From an uncultured Candidatus Saccharibacteria bacterium (GTDB lineage Bacteria; Patescibacteriota; Minisyncoccia; Phycocordibacterales; UBA5272), in NCBI GenBank assembly GCA_964455195.1, contig CAYVUY010000001.1, forward strand, positions 3,642-67,641: a DNA stretch of 64,000 bases, read 5' to 3'. The position numbers and the translations under genes are program-made. Below, in pieces: positions 1-9,447 of the stretch (its first letter is position 1; every line of letters begins with the position of its first letter). The notes below the pieces were generated by a model. It saw only the letters and a list, made by a program, of their open reading frames with translations, ran no database searches and was not told the origin of the DNA.

Positions 1-166
1 CAAGCTCCAATTCACGAGAAACTATATCTGCAATGTGCTTAGCAATTGGTGCCTTATCTTCTCTGGTAACTGCTATAAATGCACTCTTAATCGCACGCTC
101 TATCTTATCAACCTCAAACGATACAACATCCCCATTACGCTTCTTAATTTGTTGAAGAGTGGACAT
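1..166 (-). CDS. N-terminus of an ATP-cone protein, probably a ribonucleotide reductase large subunit (runs off window edge)
   Basis: Manual translation MSTLQQIKKRNGDVVSFEVDKIERAIKSAF matches the ATP-cone motif (IKKRxG...F..DKI..AI); not in the ORF track. Confidence 0.8.
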   Translation of the reverse strand, partial: MSTLQQIKKRNGDVVSFEVDKIERAIKSAFIAVTREDKAPIAKHIADIVSRELEL

Positions 167-292
167 AAAACTACTACAAGACTAAATTGTGAATAATACA
201 TACAGTGTATTCATCTGCAAGTAAAAGTCATCTATATTGTCCTAGAATGTGCTGTCAAGAGAAAACTTGACACCCCTTCGGGCATGCTTTTT

Positions 293-1504
293 TTAGAGCT
301 TATTTCGTAATAGTTTGTGATAGGTAATTGCAAAGCGATGAGCCTCAGAGTTAGCCAAAAGTATTTCCTTTTTATGGTAATCCACATGCTCTTTTCTACC
401 GAGGATGTCCTTTGGTTTATGTCTCTCATCTTTCACCACAGAAACGCATGGAATGAGCACTCCGGCTTCCGCAAGTAAAGCTTCACCTGTTTGCTTATGG
501 GCTAATCCCCCATCAAAAACGATAAGGTCTGGATATCTCCACTCCGTATGCATGAGTCGTCTTCGAAGCACTTCACGCAATCCTTCATAATCATCATTTA
601 CTTTTTCTGTGAGCTTAAATTTACGGTATTCATCTTTATTTTTATCTCCTCCTTCTATAACGGTCATAACCCCCACACGATGAGATCCTGAGATATGCGC
701 TACGTCATAAGCCTCTATTCTGAAATCTGTCTTTTTAAAAGACACGATATCATCATGTGTTATAAGGCTTGTGTCCTTTATATGCTCAATTGCAAAAAGT
801 GTATTCCTTATATGTGCAGCTTTTTCGAACATCTCCTTCTTAGCATATTCTTTCATTTCTTTTTCAAGGGAGCGCTTGATATCCTCCTTTTTACCATCGA
901 AGAATCTTCGTATGTTAGCGATGTTTTTCTTATAGTCTGTTTGTGATATAGCGCCAGTACACACCCCTGGGCAAAGCTTAATCTGAGCGTTGAAACAAGC
1001 CTTACCTTGATTAGGTTCACAGCTGTCTCGGAATGGAAACATCTTACGAATTATCTTAAGCGCAGAGCGTAACTGTGTACCAGAAGCGAATGGTCCATAC
1101 ACTGCGAGTACCCCTTTCTTTTGGTACTTCTTCTCGAAATCTCGCACACGTACAAGAAGCACTCTTGGATATGGTTCCTTGGTTATCACTACACACACGT
1201 AACTACGATTATCCTTTTCTTTGGTGTTATAAACCGGCGCATGTTTCTTAATGAGAGTGTTTTCAAGTAAAAGTGCCTCCAAGACACTCCCTGTTTCTTG
1301 GAAGGTTACCGTCTCTGCGATGGTTACCATACTTACTACTTTCAACCCTCGTGTTTGGATGAGATCTGGACTGAAATAGCTCTTCACTCTGTCATATAAA
1401 GAAGTGGCTTTTCCTATATAAAGAATGTTGCCCTCCTTGTCACGAAAAAAATAAACCCCTGGGGTTTCTGGTAATCCACATTTTGCTAGGTCTTGCTTTT
1501 TCAC
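293..1504 (-). CDS. uvrC: Excinuclease ABC subunit C, short form
   Basis: GIY-YIG motif (PGVYFF...LYIGKA), UVR coil (EMFEKAAHIRN), RNase H-like motifs (EAYDVAH, PDLIVFDGG, EAHRFAI); no C-terminal HhH. Confidence 0.93.
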   Translation of the reverse strand: MKKQDLAKCGLPETPGVYFFRDKEGNILYIGKATSLYDRVKSYFSPDLIQTRGLKVVSMVTIAETVTFQETGSVLEALLLENTLIKKHAPVYNTKEKDNRSYVCVVITKEPYPRVLLVRVRDFEKKYQKKGVLAVYGPFASGTQLRSALKIIRKMFPFRDSCEPNQGKACFNAQIKLCPGVCTGAISQTDYKKNIANIRRFFDGKKEDIKRSLEKEMKEYAKKEMFEKAAHIRNTLFAIEHIKDTSLITHDDIVSFKKTDFRIEAYDVAHISGSHRVGVMTVIEGGDKNKDEYRKFKLTEKVNDDYEGLREVLRRRLMHTEWRYPDLIVFDGGLAHKQTGEALLAEAGVLIPCVSVVKDERHKPKDILGRKEHVDYHKKEILLANSEAHRFAITYHKLLRNKL

Positions 1505-1626
1505 TGGATGTATTGTACTATAAATTCTCGCTTTAGCAATTTGTCAGTCCCTCCAAAAGACTGTTACATTGCTAAGACGAAAAGGGTGTAGTTCATTATA
1601 AAACCTTTCGAAAAGAAGGAAAAAAG

Positions 1627-2091
1627 ATGTCGAAAAAAAGGAGTGGCAACCAAACGGGTAGTGGTCTTGGCCTAATCGGCCGTATCTCACACCGGGACCT
1701 CCTGGGTCTCGCAGGTGAGTGCATGACTGTCATTGGCCGTCCGGTGAGTTCGCCAGTTGCGAAGCATTCTGCTGTTCTGGATATTTGTATTTCTCCAGAG
1801 GGTATCAACGTCAAGCGCGGCGGAAAGTCGCTCTCGAAAGAAAAGTTGAGCCCTTCTCAGTTTCGGCATATTGTCGACTCTGGAAAACGTCGGGGTATCA
1901 TCGGATTCAGCGAGGTGGTTCATCTCAAGGAATTCGAGGTCGTTGTGAAAACAACGGTAAAGAACCCGACACGCAAAGAAATGGGCATCCTCGATGTGCT
2001 GGATGTCCTCGACGGCAAAATCAAACTGCCAAAAAAGGCAAAGATCGTCGAAGAAGCGCCGACAAAAAACACTGTCGCTGCGGCTGCATAA
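1627..2091 (+). CDS. Hypothetical basic protein (SD-led orphan)
   Basis: 154-aa ORF, AAGGA before ATG, followed by a terminator hairpin. Confidence 0.65.
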   Translation: MSKKRSGNQTGSGLGLIGRISHRDLLGLAGECMTVIGRPVSSPVAKHSAVLDICISPEGINVKRGGKSLSKEKLSPSQFRHIVDSGKRRGIIGFSEVVHLKEFEVVVKTTVKNPTRKEMGILDVLDVLDGKIKLPKKAKIVEEAPTKNTVAAAA

Positions 2092-2122
2092 GCCAAAGCA
2101 AATTTTCGTGGAACTATTCCAC

Positions 2123-2150
2123 GAAAAGGCGTCCCAAGGGACGCCTTTTC
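2123..2150. terminator. Bidirectional intrinsic terminator
   Basis: gaaaaggcgtccc-aa-gggacgccttttc between convergent genes. Confidence 0.8.
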
Positions 2151-2187
2151 TACTGCTTGAGTGGACCTTAGTATGTCGTGAAAATAT

Positions 2188-4842
2188 TTATTTATTCTTA
2201 CTATTATCCTTATGTCTCTTTAAAACTTTTTTAAGATACTGACCAGTGTATGAATTAGGATTAGACGCTACTTGTTCTGGAGTACCTGTAGCGATAACCT
2301 TACCACCTCCCACTCCTCCTTCTGGTCCGATATCGATGACGTGGTCCGCATTCTTCACAATATCTAAGTTGTGTTCGATAAGAACCACAGTGTTCCCCTT
2401 ATCTACAAGACGGTTCAGAATTTCAATAAGTTTAACAATATCATCATAGTGAAGTCCGATAGATGGCTCATCGAGAAGATAAATAGTTTTTTCTACATGA
2501 GGACGATACAACTCTGAAGAAATTTTCACACGCTGTGCTTCTCCACCTGATAAGGTAGTTGCAGACTGACCAAGCTCCAAATACGTAAGCCCTACATCAG
2601 AAAGAGTCTTAATACGATCATACACTGCTGGAATATCAATAAAGAATGTAAGAGCCTCCTCTACTGTCATGTGAAGTACATCATTGATGTTCTTACCTTT
2701 GTACTTTACTTCAAGTGTTTCTTTCATGAAGCGCTTACCACCACATACGTCACACTGCACATACACAGTAGGCAGGAAGTGCATTTCAACTGCAATCTCA
2801 CCATTACCTTGGCAAGCTTCGCAGCGACCACCTTTCACATTAAAAGAAAATCTCGATGGCTTCCAACCACGAATACGAGCTTCTTCAGAAGATGCGAAGA
2901 GGTCACGAATATGAGTCCACGCACCAGTATATGTCGCAGGATTAGAACGTGGGGTACGACCGATAGCTGACTGATCAATCATCACTACACGAGAGACATA
3001 CTCCGTACCCGTGAAGTCTTCTACATTAAATAACTTAGCAGTTCTATGACGACGCTCTAAACGTGCGAGTAAGTTACGATGAAGAATCTCATACATAAAA
3101 GAACTCTTCCCTGATCCTGACACTCCAGTTATCACATTGAATCGTCCGAGTGGTACCGAAACATTCATATTCTTAATATTAAAAACGTTTCCATTCTTCA
3201 CGCGTAGTGTTCCTTTGTCATCTTGGCGACGTGCTGGTACTCCGATTTCCTTTTCACCACGAAGATACGCGAGTGTCGCACTTTCTGATTTATTACGTGG
3301 AGCAGAAAGGAGATCCTCGAGATACCCAGAGACAACAACTTCACCACCGTGGACTCCGGCTTTCGGACCAATATCTACGATGAAATCACTTGCGAAAATA
3401 GTATCTTCGTCATGCTCTACGATGATAATGGTATTACCCATATCCCGAAGATGAAGTAATGTCTTAATGAGTCTGTCATTATCACGCTGATGAAGTCCAA
3501 TAGTCGGTTCATCGAGTACGTAGAGTGCTCCTACTAATTTAGAACCAAGTTGTGATGCTAGACGTATACGTTGTGCTTCTCCACCTGAAAGAGTGTCTGC
3601 CTTACGATTAAGTGAGAGATAATCAAGTCCAACATCTAACATGAAAATAAGACGCGATTCAATTTCTTTAATTACTACAGATGCAATTTCTTGGTCTTTC
3701 TTAGAAAGCGGAAGACGCTCGAAATAATTCTGCGCATCACGAATAGAGAGTGCTGTAATATCTACGATATTAATCTTCTCGTGATCATCGAGATACACAG
3801 TAAGAGCTTCCTTACGAAGACGCTTACCTCCACAATCCTCACACTCGTCGAGTCCACCGAAGTATTTAGTTCCGAGTCCATTACATGTAGGACATGCTCC
3901 ATATGGTGAGTTGAAAGAAAAGAGTCGAGGTTCTATTTCTGGGAATGAAAAGCCGCAATTCGCACATGCGAACTTACTACTCATAATGAATTTCTCTCCG
4001 AGAATTTCTATTTCTACCAACCCCTCTGCTTCGTGCATAGCACGTTCTACAGATTCAGAAAGACGCATCATGGCATCCTTTTGTTTTTCTTTATTCTTAT
4101 CAGTTCCTAAATGACGGAAATCATCGATGGCGATAGAATCAACAACGAATGATATTTCGTGTTGTTTAGTTTTTGAAAGTTCGATACGCTCACGAAGTGA
4201 TTTACGCTCCCCGTCGATGACTGCTTCGGTAAATCCTTTACCTAACATATCATAGAGTAGTTGATAGTACTCCCCTTTACGGCCACGTACCACAGGTGAA
4301 AGAATGTGCACTTCTTCGTGAGAAAATTGCACTCCCATTAATTCTTTTTTTACTTTACTGTAATCAATCTTTTTTACTTTATCAGTAATGAAAGCAATAA
4401 TTTCTTCGTTGGAAAGTTTCTGAATTTTGTGACCACATTCTGTACAGTATGGCTTACCTACACGAGCATAGAGCACACGAAGATAGTCATATATTTCTGT
4501 AATAGTAGCAACAGTAGATCGAGGGTTACGCCCAGCTGACTTTTGATCAATAGAAATAGCAGGAGAAAGACCGACGATTTCATCGACGTCTGGTTTTTGC
4601 ATTTGATTAAGGAATTGACGAGCGTATGCAGAAAGAGATTCTACGTAACGACGTTGCCCTTCTGCGAAGATAGTATCGAATGCAAGAGATGACTTCCCTG
4701 AACCGGAAAGACCTGTGAATACAATCATCTTGTGACGAGGCATTTCTACCGTAATATTCTTCAAATTATGCGTTCTAGCGCCACGAACAATGATGTTGGA
4801 TAACGCTAAATCCTTCCCTGGGGTTTTGGAGTCTTTTTTCAT
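2188..4842 (-). CDS. uvrA: Excinuclease ABC subunit A
   Basis: Two Walker A motifs (GLSGSGKSS, GVSGSGKSS), two LSGGEAQR signatures, Zn-binding CxxC pairs. Confidence 0.98.
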   Translation of the reverse strand: MKKDSKTPGKDLALSNIIVRGARTHNLKNITVEMPRHKMIVFTGLSGSGKSSLAFDTIFAEGQRRYVESLSAYARQFLNQMQKPDVDEIVGLSPAISIDQKSAGRNPRSTVATITEIYDYLRVLYARVGKPYCTECGHKIQKLSNEEIIAFITDKVKKIDYSKVKKELMGVQFSHEEVHILSPVVRGRKGEYYQLLYDMLGKGFTEAVIDGERKSLRERIELSKTKQHEISFVVDSIAIDDFRHLGTDKNKEKQKDAMMRLSESVERAMHEAEGLVEIEILGEKFIMSSKFACANCGFSFPEIEPRLFSFNSPYGACPTCNGLGTKYFGGLDECEDCGGKRLRKEALTVYLDDHEKINIVDITALSIRDAQNYFERLPLSKKDQEIASVVIKEIESRLIFMLDVGLDYLSLNRKADTLSGGEAQRIRLASQLGSKLVGALYVLDEPTIGLHQRDNDRLIKTLLHLRDMGNTIIIVEHDEDTIFASDFIVDIGPKAGVHGGEVVVSGYLEDLLSAPRNKSESATLAYLRGEKEIGVPARRQDDKGTLRVKNGNVFNIKNMNVSVPLGRFNVITGVSGSGKSSFMYEILHRNLLARLERRHRTAKLFNVEDFTGTEYVSRVVMIDQSAIGRTPRSNPATYTGAWTHIRDLFASSEEARIRGWKPSRFSFNVKGGRCEACQGNGEIAVEMHFLPTVYVQCDVCGGKRFMKETLEVKYKGKNINDVLHMTVEEALTFFIDIPAVYDRIKTLSDVGLTYLELGQSATTLSGGEAQRVKISSELYRPHVEKTIYLLDEPSIGLHYDDIVKLIEILNRLVDKGNTVVLIEHNLDIVKNADHVIDIGPEGGVGGGKVIATGTPEQVASNPNSYTGQYLKKVLKRHKDNSKNK

Positions 4843-4874
4843 ATCAATTCGTTATTATACCACAAAAAATAGGG

Positions 4875-5044
4875 TTTTGTTTAGCAAAACAAACCTATAT
4901 TTTTGCGGTGCAAGAGTACTTGGTTTTTATGATTTCATGAAATAAAAACCTTAGTACTAGTTGCAATAAATTAAAGTTATTCATCTTTATGTTATAGTGT
5001 CGAATCTTTAACACAAATCAATTTTGTTTAGAAAAACAAACCTA
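4875..5044. repeat. Hairpin element A between 23-bp direct repeats
   Basis: ttttgtttag(c/a)aaaacaaaccta at 4875-4897 and 5022-5044; imperfect palindrome 4909-4965 homologous to 38842-38899. Confidence 0.75.
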
Positions 5045-5050
5045 ATAAAA

Positions 5051-5088
5051 AACAAAAATCACACACTTTTAAGTGTGTGATTTTTGTT
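5051..5088. terminator. Intrinsic terminator
   Basis: aacaaaaatcacacactt-tt-aagtgtgtgatttttgtt. Confidence 0.8.
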
Positions 5089-5105
5089 AGAATAAAAACA
5101 TTATA

Positions 5106-5648
5106 TTAATCCACCTTAAGTGTATTGAAGATATTCTTCACTGCGTCAGCATCTGCCTTTTTTGATTCCACCATCATGAGCCATTCACCACCTTTCAAAG
5201 TAGCAATGTTCCATTCCATGGTATTAGATTCAACATGATACCAATCATAACTTCCCATATGTACTGTACTTGTAGAAGTTAGCACTGGAACCTTAGGAGC
5301 AATAATAGAATCAAAATATTGTTCTGGTGTCCATGCACGAATTCCTTCGTAACTAAAATACGCTAGAGCTTTCTGAGAATCATCAGCTCCTTTAACAACT
5401 ACAGTTTGAGAGTCATCTCCTTTTGATGAAGTCATTCCCTCTGGGACATAAAACTTATAAGAAAGAAAATTCTGTCCCTCTGCCATCTGTGCTGTAGCCC
5501 CACTTACTTCTACCATTCCAGAAACATCCTGCTTATTTCCCATCATCTCACTGCCACTATCTGAGTGAGAAAAAAGGTATGCTCCAACCGCCACAAGAAT
5601 TACTGCTAATATCACCACCCACGTAACTACTGAATTTTTTGATTGCAT
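5106..5648 (-). CDS. Membrane-anchored hypothetical protein
   Basis: Likely start MQSKNSVVTWVVILAVILVAVGAYLF (N-terminal TM helix); the longer track ORF overlaps another gene. Confidence 0.8.
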   Translation of the reverse strand: MQSKNSVVTWVVILAVILVAVGAYLFSHSDSGSEMMGNKQDVSGMVEVSGATAQMAEGQNFLSYKFYVPEGMTSSKGDDSQTVVVKGADDSQKALAYFSYEGIRAWTPEQYFDSIIAPKVPVLTSTSTVHMGSYDWYHVESNTMEWNIATLKGGEWLMMVESKKADADAVKNIFNTLKVD

Positions 5649-5699
5649 AATAGGGATAGTATATTCCTCTAAAATAGGAATGTAAAATACCCCTAAAAT

Positions 5700-5728
5700 T
5701 TGACAAAAGCCTAAAAAATCAGTAGATT
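5700..5728 (+). promoter_or_regulatory. Sigma70-type promoter of the 5772 orphan
   Basis: TTGACA-17 nt-TAGATT. Confidence 0.65.
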
Positions 5729-5771
5729 TACAATTGAAGTTTATTTCTATCAGCACCCCAAGGAGAGCTAC

Positions 5772-6029
5772 ATGAGCGCAAGCGATGTGCCTGTCATTTG
5801 TACCCACTGCAAAGGTGAAACACAGTTCATGAAAGAAGTGTCCGGGAATGATTCTATCCAGTACTACTTCTTTTGCCCTTGCAAAAAAACCCCACGCTAC
5901 GGCTCTTTTATGAAGGCAGAAGCAATGTGGGAAACTCATTGGTACAAAATAAAACCAGAAGATATGCCCCCATTCGAAGAAATGGAACCAGCGAGGAGAG
6001 CTGGTTACACTGGGATGGTAGGGAACTGA
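5772..6029 (+). CDS. Small putative zinc-ribbon protein (SD-led orphan)
   Basis: AGGAG SD; CTHC...CPC; own promoter and terminator (6031-6057). Confidence 0.7.
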   Translation: MSASDVPVICTHCKGETQFMKEVSGNDSIQYYFFCPCKKTPRYGSFMKAEAMWETHWYKIKPEDMPPFEEMEPARRAGYTGMVGN

Positions 6030-6063
6030 AATGGGGGCGTCCAAAAGACGCCCCCATAACTTT

Positions 6064-8160
6064 TTACACATCATCCTCTCCTATTTCTACATTAGTCTCT
6101 ACATTCTTTAACCCCTCTTCTTCATTTTTAAGAGCTCTTCCTTTCAAAACTTTTATTTCATCACGAAGTATTGCAGCAGTTTCGAAATCAAGTGCCTTCA
6201 CTGCTTCTTTCATTTGTTTTTCTTTCAACTTAATTAATTTAGTTGGATTTTTTGCAAATAACTTTTGATCCACTTCAAGTTCTGTCGACACTGCTTTATC
6301 GTGATCACTTGCTATACCTTCTGTAATATCTTGTATGCTCTTTGAAATAGTAATCGGAGTGATGTTGTGTTCTTTGTTATATGCTTCTTGTAATGCGCGT
6401 CGTCGATTGGTCTCACCTATTGCACGCTCAAGTGAACCTGTCATCTGATCTGCATATAAAATAACTCTTCCCTTAGCATTACGTGCTGCACGACCGATAG
6501 TTTGAATAAGCGATGTTTCACTTCGAAGGAATCCTTCTTTATCAGCATCAAGTATCCCAATAAGTGTTACTTCTGGTAGGTCTAATCCTTCACGGAGCAA
6601 GTTAACTCCCACAAGACAATCGAATTCTCCTTTTCGGAATCGAGTAAGAATTTGAATACGTTCAATGGTTTTAATATCACTATGTAAATACTCTGCCTTA
6701 ATACCTTCCCCACGAAGATACTCGGAAAGAGACTCTGCCATTTTCTTGGTGAGTGTTGTTGCTAGTATTCTTCCACCTGCTTTTGTATCTTTAATTGTTT
6801 CTTGTATAAAATCATATACTTGACCCTTATATGCACCCTTTTCTAACACTGGTCGAACGAAGAGTTGCGGGTCGAGCAATCCTGTCGGACGAATAATCTG
6901 CTCCACCACTTGTTCCCCTTCTGTGCGCTCATACTCACCTGGAGTAGCAGAAACATACACAACCTGACCAATACGCTCTTCGAATTCTTCATAACGTAGT
7001 GGGCGGTTATCTTTCGCTGATGGAAGACGGAATCCGTATTCGACGAGTGTCTGCTTGCGAGACTGATCTCCTGCATACATACCGTGTAATTGTGGAAGTG
7101 TTACGTGTGACTCATCTATCACAGTTAAGAAATCCTGTGTTCCGTCTGGAAGTTTAGGAAAATATTCAATAAGTGTATCCGGTGCAACCCCTGGTGCTTT
7201 ACCTGATAAGTGTCTTGAGTAGTTTTCGATTCCTTGGCAGAATCCCATTTCTCTAATCATCGCTATGTCATAACGAGTACGACGCTTAAGGCGCTCTACT
7301 TCTAGAATCTTACCTTCCTTTTCTAATTCTGCGAGACGTTCTTTAAGTTCCTTCTCTATAGTTTTCACAGCTCGTTCACGTGTTGGAATATCAGAAATGA
7401 AGTGCTTTGCTGGGAAAATAAAATAATCATCTACTTCTTTTAGAATGCGCATAGATACTGGGTCAGTCACAATCAGTGAAGAAATACTGTTACCTGCTAT
7501 TTCTATTTGAAGCATTACTGTTTCTGATATAGGCATAATATCTATTCTGTTACCTATCGCACGGAATGTTCCTGGTGAAAGATCAGCGGTAGTTCTTTCA
7601 TATTGAATATTTACGAAACGTTGCATGAGCTCTGCCTTTGATGCAGGGTCTCCCACTGAGAGTTTAATATTCTCTCTTTCGTAATCAGCTGGTGACCCGA
7701 GACCATAAATACATGATACAGATGCGACGATAATAACATCACGACGTGTGAGAAGCGCTTGAGTAGAAGCGTGACGAAGACGATCAATTTCTTCATTAAT
7801 CTGAGCGTCTTTCTCTATATAGGTATCCGTCACTGGCATGTATGCCTCTGGCTGATAGTAGTCGTAATACGATACGAAGTAATGCACCGCCGCATCAGGA
7901 AAGAATGAACGGAATTCTTGTGCGAGTTGTGCAGCGAGAGTTTTGTTGTGAGCTATAACAAGAGTTGGCTTTTGAATTTCATTAATAACACTAGCCATAG
8001 TGAATGTCTTCCCTGTTCCGGTAGCACCAAGTAATGTCTGCTTACGCATACCTTTATTAAGCCCTGCCACGAGAGCTTTAATTGCTTTGGGTTGATCTCC
8101 TGCTGGAGTAAATCCTTTTAGAACGAATGTTCCCTCACCTCTTTTGTTCTTGCTTGACAT
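6064..8160 (-). CDS. uvrB: Excinuclease ABC subunit B
   Basis: GATGTGKT, YYDYYQPEAY beta-hairpin, DESH, QTIGRAARN, C-terminal UVR domain. Confidence 0.98.
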   Translation of the reverse strand: MSSKNKRGEGTFVLKGFTPAGDQPKAIKALVAGLNKGMRKQTLLGATGTGKTFTMASVINEIQKPTLVIAHNKTLAAQLAQEFRSFFPDAAVHYFVSYYDYYQPEAYMPVTDTYIEKDAQINEEIDRLRHASTQALLTRRDVIIVASVSCIYGLGSPADYERENIKLSVGDPASKAELMQRFVNIQYERTTADLSPGTFRAIGNRIDIMPISETVMLQIEIAGNSISSLIVTDPVSMRILKEVDDYFIFPAKHFISDIPTRERAVKTIEKELKERLAELEKEGKILEVERLKRRTRYDIAMIREMGFCQGIENYSRHLSGKAPGVAPDTLIEYFPKLPDGTQDFLTVIDESHVTLPQLHGMYAGDQSRKQTLVEYGFRLPSAKDNRPLRYEEFEERIGQVVYVSATPGEYERTEGEQVVEQIIRPTGLLDPQLFVRPVLEKGAYKGQVYDFIQETIKDTKAGGRILATTLTKKMAESLSEYLRGEGIKAEYLHSDIKTIERIQILTRFRKGEFDCLVGVNLLREGLDLPEVTLIGILDADKEGFLRSETSLIQTIGRAARNAKGRVILYADQMTGSLERAIGETNRRRALQEAYNKEHNITPITISKSIQDITEGIASDHDKAVSTELEVDQKLFAKNPTKLIKLKEKQMKEAVKALDFETAAILRDEIKVLKGRALKNEEEGLKNVETNVEIGEDDV

Positions 8161-8238
8161 AGTCGATTATTGATTATAGCATAAAATCGAACATCAACCA
8201 CTTTAGTCAACAACGATACACAAGAAAAGGAGCCTTAC

Positions 8239-8613
8239 ATGTCTTCCCCTGAAACGTTGCAAGACCTCGCAGTCACGCATCGCCTCGTGTCAACACCGGA
8301 TGATTTGAAAATCATCGCGACCCTCATCAATGAGCGCGTCGATAACGGTGTCTACGCCTACGAGAAAGGACGAGAGAAGCTGATAGATGCTCATGAGTAC
8401 ATCACGAGCCCTGTCTACTTCGAAGCTCGCCACGGACAAGTTCGTCTCTACGGACGCGTTCGGCAAAGCGGGAAAGTGTGGGGGATCAGCATCGCTGGAA
8501 CCCCAACAGCCCCAGTCATCAACGTGTTCGCACGTGGACATGAAGGAAACCCTGTGCAGTCGGTTGATTTTGCAATTTACATACCGAAATGGTACGAAAA
8601 AAGTCACGGGTGA
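8239..8613 (+). CDS. Hypothetical protein (SD-led orphan)
   Basis: AAGGAG 6 nt before ATG; 124 aa. Confidence 0.7.
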   Translation: MSSPETLQDLAVTHRLVSTPDDLKIIATLINERVDNGVYAYEKGREKLIDAHEYITSPVYFEARHGQVRLYGRVRQSGKVWGISIAGTPTAPVINVFARGHEGNPVQSVDFAIYIPKWYEKSHG

Positions 8614-8657
8614 AGTGCACAGTACCTTAACACAACCAACACTTACTTGGAGGGTCT

Positions 8658-8993
8658 ATGGATACACAAGAACATAGCGACGACCCTCGAAGGGTCTGTC
8701 TGCCGAGCAAGGGTGCACTCCTCCTTCGCGCATTAAGCGATGGGGATACGCGCATCTATATCAAACTGCAAGACCTTGGAAAGGATTCAACTGAACTGTT
8801 AGAGTTTTACAAAGTTGGTTTGCCCCCATTTGATTTATCACGTAGGGGCGGAGCACTGTTACTGACATGTTCAGAGCCGGGGAATCCTAACAAACGCAAA
8901 AACCTGCAACTAATCAATGACACCATTGTTGATGAGTCTGGACGCACCCCGAAGACGTATTCGGTCATCATGCCGAGGTGGCTTCATGACTAA
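8658..8993 (+). CDS. Hypothetical protein (SD-led orphan)
   Basis: GGAGG before ATG; 111 aa. Confidence 0.65.
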   Translation: MDTQEHSDDPRRVCLPSKGALLLRALSDGDTRIYIKLQDLGKDSTELLEFYKVGLPPFDLSRRGGALLLTCSEPGNPNKRKNLQLINDTIVDESGRTPKTYSVIMPRWLHD

Positions 8994-9423
8994 CATCGAC
9001 CCGTATGATGTCGGTCCGTTCGGTGAGCCGGACTTTGACTACATTGATTTTTTGGAACAGGTACACGACTTCGATGAGTACTCATTTTTCTATGAGGACC
9101 TGGATTACGAAGAAGTACTCAAGCTCTGTGGTATTGTTGAATACGACCTTCATCCTTTCTATGAGGACACATCACTTTACCAAAGAACGATTCTTTCTGA
9201 TCAGGAATTCCTAACGACCGATAACGTATGGCGTATAAGGACCGCCAAAGAAAAGCATGTAGGAAGAAGTGAACGTCAAAAGGCAACGGAGATTCTGCAA
9301 TCCCTCCGTGAAGAAAACCCAGCGACACAAAGTACTGACGAGTGGCTGCACTCTTTTGAAGTTGGAACACGCTGTTACGAAATATTGCAAGCCCCATTGG
9401 GGAAACTGAAACCACGCCTATGA
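8986..9423 (+). CDS. Acidic hypothetical protein (SD-led orphan)
   Basis: GAGGTG before ATG at 8986 (MTNIDPYD), overlapping the upstream stop. Confidence 0.6.
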   Translation: MTNIDPYDVGPFGEPDFDYIDFLEQVHDFDEYSFFYEDLDYEEVLKLCGIVEYDLHPFYEDTSLYQRTILSDQEFLTTDNVWRIRTAKEKHVGRSERQKATEILQSLREENPATQSTDEWLHSFEVGTRCYEILQAPLGKLKPRL

Positions 9424-9447
9424 GAACGAAGATTCTCGGGCGGGTTT

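Noticed and set aside
167-292. Possible NrdR boxes upstream of the ATP-cone gene
   Set aside because: Candidates (cacattctag, acaatatag) do not fit the acaCwAtATaTwGtg spacing; only a tgtcaag/cttgaca inverted repeat is clear
5649-6074. N-terminal extension of the 322-aa track ORF
   Set aside because: Antisense to the SD-led 5772 gene; a start at 5648 gives a normal N-terminal TM protein
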